Assembly: GCA_965220085.1 (NCBI GenBank)
Contig: CBDCOZ010000003.1
Coordinates: 1,408,001-1,472,000, forward strand
Length of the DNA: 64,000 nucleotides
Direction of reading: 5' to 3'
Origin: Candidatus Oxydemutatoraceae bacterium
Lineage (GTDB): Bacteria > Pseudomonadota > Gammaproteobacteria > Poriferisulfidales > Oxydemutatoraceae
Below, piece by piece: positions 12,001 to 20,463 of the stretch. Made by a program: the position numbers and the translations under genes. Position 1 is the first letter of the stretch. The number at the start of each line of letters is the position of its first letter. The notes below the pieces were generated by a model. The model did not search any database. It saw only the letters and a list, made by a program, of their open reading frames with translations, and was not told where the DNA came from.

Positions 12001-15000
12001 GATCTCGATCAGGTTGTCGTCGTCCGTATCGTAATCTATCCCTCCGGATACGATAACGCTGCGCGCCGCCTCGCCGCCGTTAACAACCGCCGCGACATGA
12101 TATGTGTGATCGGCGTTCGCCGTCGCCGTCGCATCGCCATAGCTCAGAGCGCCGATGCCCGCGACCAGCAGTTCGGTTGACGCGCCCGAGCGGTAAACAT
12201 TGTAGGCGACGGCGGGCGGCAGCGACCAGTGCGACACATCGGGCGCGACCCAAGTCAATGTGCGATCGGCGCCGCGCCCGACCGCGCTCAAATAGCGCGG
12301 GCCTTCGCGCAACTGGTAACCGAATTCCTCCCATCTCGCCTCGCCGTCGCCGTCAAAATCAACTTTCAGCGCCGGATATTGCGAGGCGTCGCCGAAGTCC
12401 CAATAGTCGGTCGGATTGCCGTCGGCGTCATTCGGGTTCCAGTTGGCGTAGATGCCGACATATCCCCCGGGAGTTTGCAGTTCGGCGGTCGTCTTGGAAC
12501 TCGGCCCGAGCGCCTCGGCGGCGGTTTGAATGCCGCCATAGGCTTCGCTGACGGCGGACACATCGGTATCCCAATAGACTGCGTTAAACGCGGTCACTTG
12601 ATCATCGTTATATCCGGCGATACCGCCGCGCTCGGCGGCGCCGAGAGCAATCTGCGCGGTCGCATAGGCGTATCCGACGGTTGCAGCGCCCATCCGACCG
12701 AACAAACCGCCCGCCCGCGCGCTATCGCCGTCGCCTATGTAACCGGCGGCATAGACGTGCTCCGCGACGGCGCTCCCTTGAATCATGCCGGCTATGCCCG
12801 CGGCTCCGTTATCGGCGGATGCGGCGCCGGTCGCATAACTGCGGCGCACCGCGCTGCCATTGGTCAAAAAGCCCGCCAGCGGCGAGGCGCGAAATTCCCC
12901 GCCCGTCACCGTTGCCGCCGAATAGACTTGTTCTATCGTCGTGTCATCGGCCTTGCCAATCAGGCCGCCGACATCGGTGTTAGAGCTGCCGGTCGCCGTC
13001 ACCGACCCGGTCACGCCGAGATTGCTAATCGTCGCGCCGTCGGCATGACCGAACAATCCTTGCTGATTCCCGTCGCGCTCAATGCGCAGGTTATAAATGG
13101 TATGACCGTTGCCCTTGAGTGTGCCGGCAAACTTGTCGCTGCTGTCTCCGATCGGCGTCCAGCCTTCGCCGCTCGTCCAAGCGCTCTTATTGGCGGCGGC
13201 ATCTCTGTAACTGGCGTCGGCGGCGAAATCCAAATCATTCATCAACTCGTAGCCGACGCAGGCGGAAGGACAACCCAGATTGCTCACGGAGAAAGGCGAG
13301 AATGCCGCCTGATATGCCGTTGCGTCGCTCTGGCTGTCTGTCTTGCCGTCGGCGTTCAAGTCATAACGCACGGCATCGAGTTGTTCCAAAGTCGTAATCT
13401 CAAGCAAACCGTCGTCGTCGCTGTCATAGTCTGTCGGCGCCGCTGTGATGATAGCGCGGCTCGCCTCGCCGCCATGGATGACCGCCGCGATGTGATAGAC
13501 AAGCGAAGCGGTCAGGTCGCTTACCGTTTCGGTCACGGACAATGTCGCCGCATCCAGGGCGCGGACTCGCGCGCCGTCGCGATACGCGCGATACGCAATC
13601 GGCGGCGCGTTTGTCCACGCCGAAGGCGCGCTCGGCGCCTCCCAACTCACGGTTATCTGCTCGCCGCTGGCTGTTATTGACAAATTGCCCGGGGCTTCGC
13701 GCAACTGATAGCCGAATTCTTCCCAGCTCGCCGTATCATCGCCGTTGAAATCAACTTTCAAGACGGGATATTGCGATGGCGCGCCGAAGTCCCAGTAATC
13801 GCTCGCGTTGCCATCGATGTCATTGAGGTTCCAGCCTTCATAGATGCCGTCGTAGTCGGTCGGGGCTTGCAACTCGGCGCGCGTCTTGCGCTGCGCGCCG
13901 GTGATAGTTTGGTTTTGTCGCAGCGAACCGACCGCGCTGCTCTTGTTGGCGACGCTGCTGTCCCAGTATGCCGCCGTCACCGTGAGCGTACTGTCAAGAC
14001 GTCCGCCGAGGCCGCCGCTATGCGTCGCGGCCGTGGCTATCATCGCGCTCGCATAGGCATACTTCAGTTGCGCCATCCCCATGAAACCGATCAGGCCGCC
14101 GGCGGCGCCGCCGTTGTCCGCGGTGCGCGACGCGCTGACGAAACCGCTCGCATAGACATGCTCTATCGCGCTGTTCTTGTCGGGCGCGACGCCGCCAATC
14201 AAGCCGCCGGATTCGGCGACGCTGTCGACAATGCCGGTGGCATAACTCGCCGATACCGCGCCGCCATTATTGACGCCGAGCAGCGAACCGACCAGCGCGC
14301 TGCCTTCCGCCGATACCGTCGAATAAGACCGCTCTATCGCGCCGCCGAACAATTCGCCGGCCACGCCGCCGATGCGGTCGTTGTTATCGCCGCCCGAAAC
14401 CGCGCCGGTCACGCCGAGGTTTAGGACCCTGCCGCCGCCGATGGCGCCGAACAAGCCCAGCCGATCGTTGCCATCCGCGGCGCGGTTGATATACAGATTG
14501 TAGATCGCATGACCGTTGCCGTTGAATACCGCCGTGAAATTCGCGGCGCCATCTTCTCCGATCGGCGCCCAGCCGGTTTCCGCATCGCTATCGTCAGGGT
14601 TGTCTATCCAATCTTGGGTCGATGTGCTGCCGCCGGCATAACTCGCCGGGTCTTCAAAATCCAAATCGTTTGCCAGTTCATAACCGGCGCAACCGCCCGG
14701 GCAACTTGCGACAGGATCCATATTGACAAAAGCCGATTCGTAATCGCTTGCGTTATCCGTCGCCGGGGTTCCGTCGCCGTCCAAATCCCAGCGCACGGCA
14801 TTGAGTCGCTCCAGCGTTTCAATTTCAATCAGACCGTCGTTATCGAGGTCATAATCCGGGCCTAACACGGTCGTGCTGCGGCCGGCTTCGCCGCCATGGA
14901 TGACCGCCGCGACATAATAAGCGTATTCGCCCGTCGCATACGGCGGCGTATCGGCATAAGCGTACGTCGTCACACTGTTCTCCGTGACGCTGTCCGCGCT

Positions 15001-18000
15001 GCCGCTTAATTTCTCCCCGTCGCGATACACGGCATATGTGATGGTCGGCGCGGGCGACCATGCGGAAGGCGCGGAAGGCGCGGTCCAATACAGCGCTCTG
15101 TTATTTATATCGTCGCCAACGCCCGAGGTCAGCGCCGGACCGGCGCGCAATTGATAGCCGAACTCCTCCCAGCTTGCCGTGCCGTCGCCGTTAAAATCAA
15201 CTTTCAGCGCCGGGTATTGCAAAGCGCTGCCGAAATCCCAATGGTCGGCGGTATCGCCTTCGTCCCATTCGGCGTAGATGCCGCTATAAGCAATCGGAGT
15301 TTGCAAAGCCGATGTGCTCTGTCCGGTCAGGCCGACTACGGTTACGCCGCTTTCCGCCGAACCGACCGCGGTCGTTTTGCCCGAGATTGCGGTGTCCCAA
15401 TATGCCGCTGTCGCCGAGTAACTGCTATTGTCAAGACGACCGCCCAGACCGCCGCTGTTCGTCGCGCCCGCGGCAATCAATGCGGTCGCGTAAGCATGCT
15501 TCAGTCGCACCATGCCCATATGGCCAAGCAGGCCGCCGGCGTTGCCGCCGTTGCCCGCGGTGCGCGATGCGCTAACAAAGCCGGTCGCATAGACATGCTC
15601 CGCATCGCTGGCAACATTCTGAGCAACGCCGCCAATCAAGCCGCCTGCCTCGGCAACGCTGCCGACATTGCCAGTCGCATAACTCAGTCGCACCGTGCCG
15701 GCGTTGTTAAAACCGAGCAACGAACCGACCCCTGCGCCGCCATCTGCCGACACTGTTGAATAAGATTTCTCTATCGCGCCGCCGGCCAACTCGCCCGCCA
15801 AGCCGCCGACCATATCATTGTCGTCGCCGGCTGAAATCGAACCGCTGATGCCGACATTTGACACTGTGCCGCGGCTGCCGACAACGCCGAACAAGCCCTG
15901 CCGGTCATTGCCATCCGCCGCGCGATCGATATGCAGGTTCGCAATCATGTGGCCGTTGCCGGCGAAGGTCGCCGCGAAGGGATTGGCGGAGTCGCCTATC
16001 GGCGGCCACCCTTGACGACCCTCGCCCTTGCTCCAGCCTTCGTCCACATTGCCCGCATAGCTGTTTCTCCTGTCAAAATCCAGACCCCGCGTCAACTCGT
16101 AGCCGACGCAATCGCTCTGACAACCCATGCCGGCGACGGCATTGGGAAATGCCAATGTATACATATCTGTCGCCGCGCTCGCGGCGATGCCATTGCCATC
16201 CAAGTCCCAGCGTATCGCATTGAGCTGTTCCAGAGTGTTTGTCTCGATCAGGTTATCGTTATCGATGTCATAATCCGCCGCCACGCTGACAAAACTGTTA
16301 TGTGACTCATGCCCATCGACAGCAGCCACAACATGGTATTCGTACACTCTGTAATCCGTCGCATTGCCATCGGTATGGCTTGTGCCGCTGACATCGCCGC
16401 TCAACAGGTTTCCGTCGCGATATATGCCGTAAGCAATAGTCGGCGGCGGCGACCACTCGGAAGGCATCGTCGGCGCGCTCCAACTCAGGACCACGCCCCC
16501 GACAGAGCGCGCTGCCGTTACTGTCGGACCTGCGCGCAGTTGATAGCCAAATTCCTGCCATGTGACCCTATCGTTACCGTCAAAATCAATCTTCAGCGCG
16601 GGATATTGCGAGGCGGCGCCAAAATCCCAGTAGTCGGTCGCGTTGCCGGCGGCATCGGCGGCGTTCCAGCCGGCGTAGATGCCGACATACCCCCCGGGTG
16701 TTTGTAGTTCGGCGGTTGTCTTGGCAGTGACATTGCCTTCGAAGGCATCGTTGCCAAAAGGCGCGGACACAGCGGCCGCCTCTCTGTCCCAATACACGGC
16801 GTCAAACACGCCGGTGTGATGGTTGCTATTGATGCCGCCGATGCCGCCGCGCGCGGCGCCGCTGCCGATCAACGCGGTTGCGTAACCGTATTTGAGCGTC
16901 GCATCGCCGAACCAGCCGAAGAGACCGCCCGGCCGCCTCTTATTGCCGGCAGGCACGGCGATATGACCGGTCGCATAGACATGCTCCGCGGTGGCGCCCC
17001 TTTGAATGGCGCCGCTGATGCCGCCCGCCTCGCTTTGGCCCCGCGCGCTGCCGGTCGCATAACTCCGGCGCACCGCGCCTCCCTCGCTGATAAAGCCAAC
17101 CAACAAAGCGGTGCGCAAAGCCCCCGTTACATCCGCCGCCACATACGCATCTTCTATGACGGTCGCGCCGCTCATCCTGCCGATCAGAGCGCCGGTATCG
17201 TTGTTACTTGTGGTAACGGACCCGGTCAAGCCCAGTCGGGAAATCGTCGCGTTGCCGGTCTCTCCGAACAGTCCTTGCCGATTCTCGTTGCGATTGATAT
17301 GCAGGTTGGCGATCGTATGACCGTTGCCGTCGAAGGTCGCCGCGAAGAAATTGGCAGAGTCGCCTATCGGTGTCCAGCCCTCGTCCCTTGTCCAGTCGGT
17401 TTTGACACTGCCCGATGCATAGCTGCCGCTATCGTCAAAATCCAGGTCATTGCTCAACTCGTAACCGATACAATGCGGGTCTCCTTGTTGGGCGGGAGCC
17501 GGGCAACCCATATTGTCGGCGGCAGACGGGAAAGCAGTCAGCCAGTTTGCCATATTACTGTTGTTGTCGGCCTCGCCGCTGCCATCCAAATCCCAACGTA
17601 TCGCGTTGAGTTGTTCCAGCGCGCTGATCTCAATCAGGCGATCATCGTCGCTATCGTAATCTTGCGCTTCTTGAGACGAAAAGAAACTGCGGCTTGCCTC
17701 GCCGCCGTTGATGGCAGCCGCAACATGGAAGACATGCGTGCCGACCCCGTCGCTATCTATGCTGGTATGCGTCTCGGCGGTCAAGCCCGCCGCCAAATCC
17801 GACTCCGCCGCGCCATCGCGATATACGACATATATGATATCCGGCGCCGGCGACCAATGCGATACGGTCGGTCTGTCCCACGTCAATACCCGCGCGGCAC
17901 TGCCGCGCACTGCCAAATTCGGCGGGCCTTCGCGCAACTGATAGCCGAACTCTTGCCAAGTAACCGTATTGTCGTTGTCGAAGTCTGTCTTCAGAGCCGG

Positions 18001-20463
18001 GTATTGCGAAGCGGAGCCGAAATCCCAATGGTCGGTAATGTTATTGTCGTCCCAATCGGCATAGATGCCGCCATAGCCGGTCGGAGATTGCAACTCGGCG
18101 GTCGTCTTGGGTTCAATGCCGCTTATGGACTCGGCAAATGTCTTTAAGCCGACCGCGTTTGCTTTGCCCGAGGTCTTGGTATCCCAATACGCCGCCGTCG
18201 CCGAGTAATCATTGCTATCAAGACGGCCGCCAAAACCGCCGCTGTTCGTCGCCGAGCTGGCAAGCAATGCGGTCGCGTAGGCGTACTTCAGTTGCGCCAT
18301 GCCCATATTGCCAACCAGACCGCCGCTGACGCCGCCATCCCTCGTTGCCGCAGGGCGCGATGCGGTGACCAAGCCGGTCGCATACACATGCTCCGCATTG
18401 CTGCCGACATCATGAGCGGCGCCGCCAAGCAGACCGCCCGCCTCGGCGACGCTATCGACACTGCCGCTCGCATAACTCAGTCGCACCGTGCCGGCGTTGT
18501 TAAAACCGACCAGCGAACCGACCAGCGCGCCGCCTGTCGTCGCGACCGTCGAATACGATTTTTCTATCGTGCCGCCGCGCAACTCGCCGACCAAGCCGCC
18601 GATACGATCGTTATCATCGCCGCCGCTGACCGAACCGTTTGTGACGCCGATGTTTGTCACCGTGCCGGTGCTGCCGACAACGCCGAACAAGCCCTGCCGG
18701 TCATTGTCATCCGCCGCGCGATCGATATGCAGGTTCTCGATCGTATTGCCATTGCCGTCGAATGTGCCGGTGTAGTTCGTCGCGTCATTGCCAATCGGCG
18801 TCCAGCCCTCGCCGCTTGTCCAGGCGGCATTGACAACGCCGTTGCGATAGCTGGCGGCCGAATTAAAAAGCAGTTTGTTTTTTAATTCGTAGCCGATGCA
18901 AACGCCGTTCACACAGCCCATGTTGTCGGCGGCATCGGGAAACGCCGCGGCGTAGTTTGCCTGATCGCCGGCGGCGACCGAACCGTCGCTGTCAAGGTCG
19001 TAGCGCACCGCATCGAGTTGCTCCAGCGTTTCAATCTCGATCAAGCCATTGTCGTCGCTGTCGTAATCGCGCGGGCCCGACAGATACGAATGGCGACTCG
19101 CCTCGCCGCCATTGACAATCGCCGCGACATGATAGACATGCGCTGCGTTGTCGGTCGCGCCGTCGTCGTCGTATGTCGTTGCCGTCAAACCCGATGCGTT
19201 CGCTATCGCCGCCCCGTCACGGTAGAGGGCGTATGTGACAGCCGGCGCGCCCGCGCAGTGCGACACATCGGGCGCGGCCCAGGACAGATCTCTTGATGTG
19301 CCGGCGCCGGTCGCTGCCAAAAATGGCGGCGTACGCACTTGGCAGCCGAATTCCTGCCAACTCGCCTCCTCGCCATTGCCATCAAAATCAATCTTCAATG
19401 CCGGGTATTGCGAAGCGGTGCCAAAATCCCAATGGTCGACGGTGTCGCTATCGTCCCAATCGGCGTAGATGCCGCTGTAACCCGTCGGCGCTTGCAACAT
19501 TGATATAGTGTGCCCGGTGATGCCGGCTACGGTCACGCCGCTTCCCACCGAACCGACCGCGGTCGTTTTGCCCGATGCCCCGGTGTCCCAATACGCCGCT
19601 GTCGCCGAGTAAGCATTGCTGTCAAGACGACCGCCCAAGCCGCCGCTGTTCGTCGCCGCAGAGGCAATTAACCCCGTCGCATATGCGTACTTCAGTCGCA
19701 CCCGCCCCATATAGCCAAGCAGACCGCCGCTGATACCGCCGTAGCGTGTGCCTGCGGAGCGCGCGGTAACAAAGCCGGTCGCATAGACATGCTCCGCATC
19801 GCTGCTGGCATCATGAATGGCGCCGCCGATCAGGCCGCCGGCCTCGGCAGCGCTTTCGACATTGCCGCTCGCATAACTCAGTCGCACCATGCCGGCGTTA
19901 TTAATGCCGAGCAACGAACCGACCAGTACGTTGCCGTCCGCCGATACCGTCGAATAGGATTTCTCTATCGTGCCGCCGGCCAACTCGCCCGCTATGCCGC
20001 CGACCCTGTCATTGCTGTTGCCGGCCGAAACGGAACCGCTTATGCCAAGATTTGACACTGCGCCGCTTTCGCCGATAACGCCGAACAAACCTTGCCGGTC
20101 ATTGCCATCCGCCGTGCGATGGATATACAGGTTCGCAATCGTGTTGCCGTTGCCGTTGAATGTCGTCGCAAAGGGATTGGCAAGGTCGCCTATCGGCGAC
20201 CAGCCCTCGCCGATTGTCCAGGCGGTATTGACACTGCCCGATGCATAGCTCGCCGGATCTTCAAAATCCAGATCGGCCATCAATTCATAGCCCGCACAAA
20301 GGCCCGCGCAACCCTTATAGAAAAGAGCGGTGGGAAATGCCAGATCGTAGTCTGCCTGATTATCCGTCGCAATAGAGCCGTCGCCATCAAGGTCCCAGCG
20401 CATCGCATCGAGTTGCTCCAGATTGGCGACCTCCAGCAGGCCGTCGTCGTCTCTGTCGTAGTC
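1..20463 (-). repeat. Tandem coding repeat, period 1,359-1,428 bp (453-476 aa); 14 full units and 1 partial
   Basis: Recurring motifs DYDxDDDGLIEIxxLEQLxAxRWDLDGxG, MGC..C.GYEL..DLDF, FDGNGHTIxNL, GGLxG/YATG coils, WDFGxASQYPALKxDFxxD...WQEFGYQLR, WxAPDxSHW..YxVYRDG..VAAxINGGE. Confidence 0.9.
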
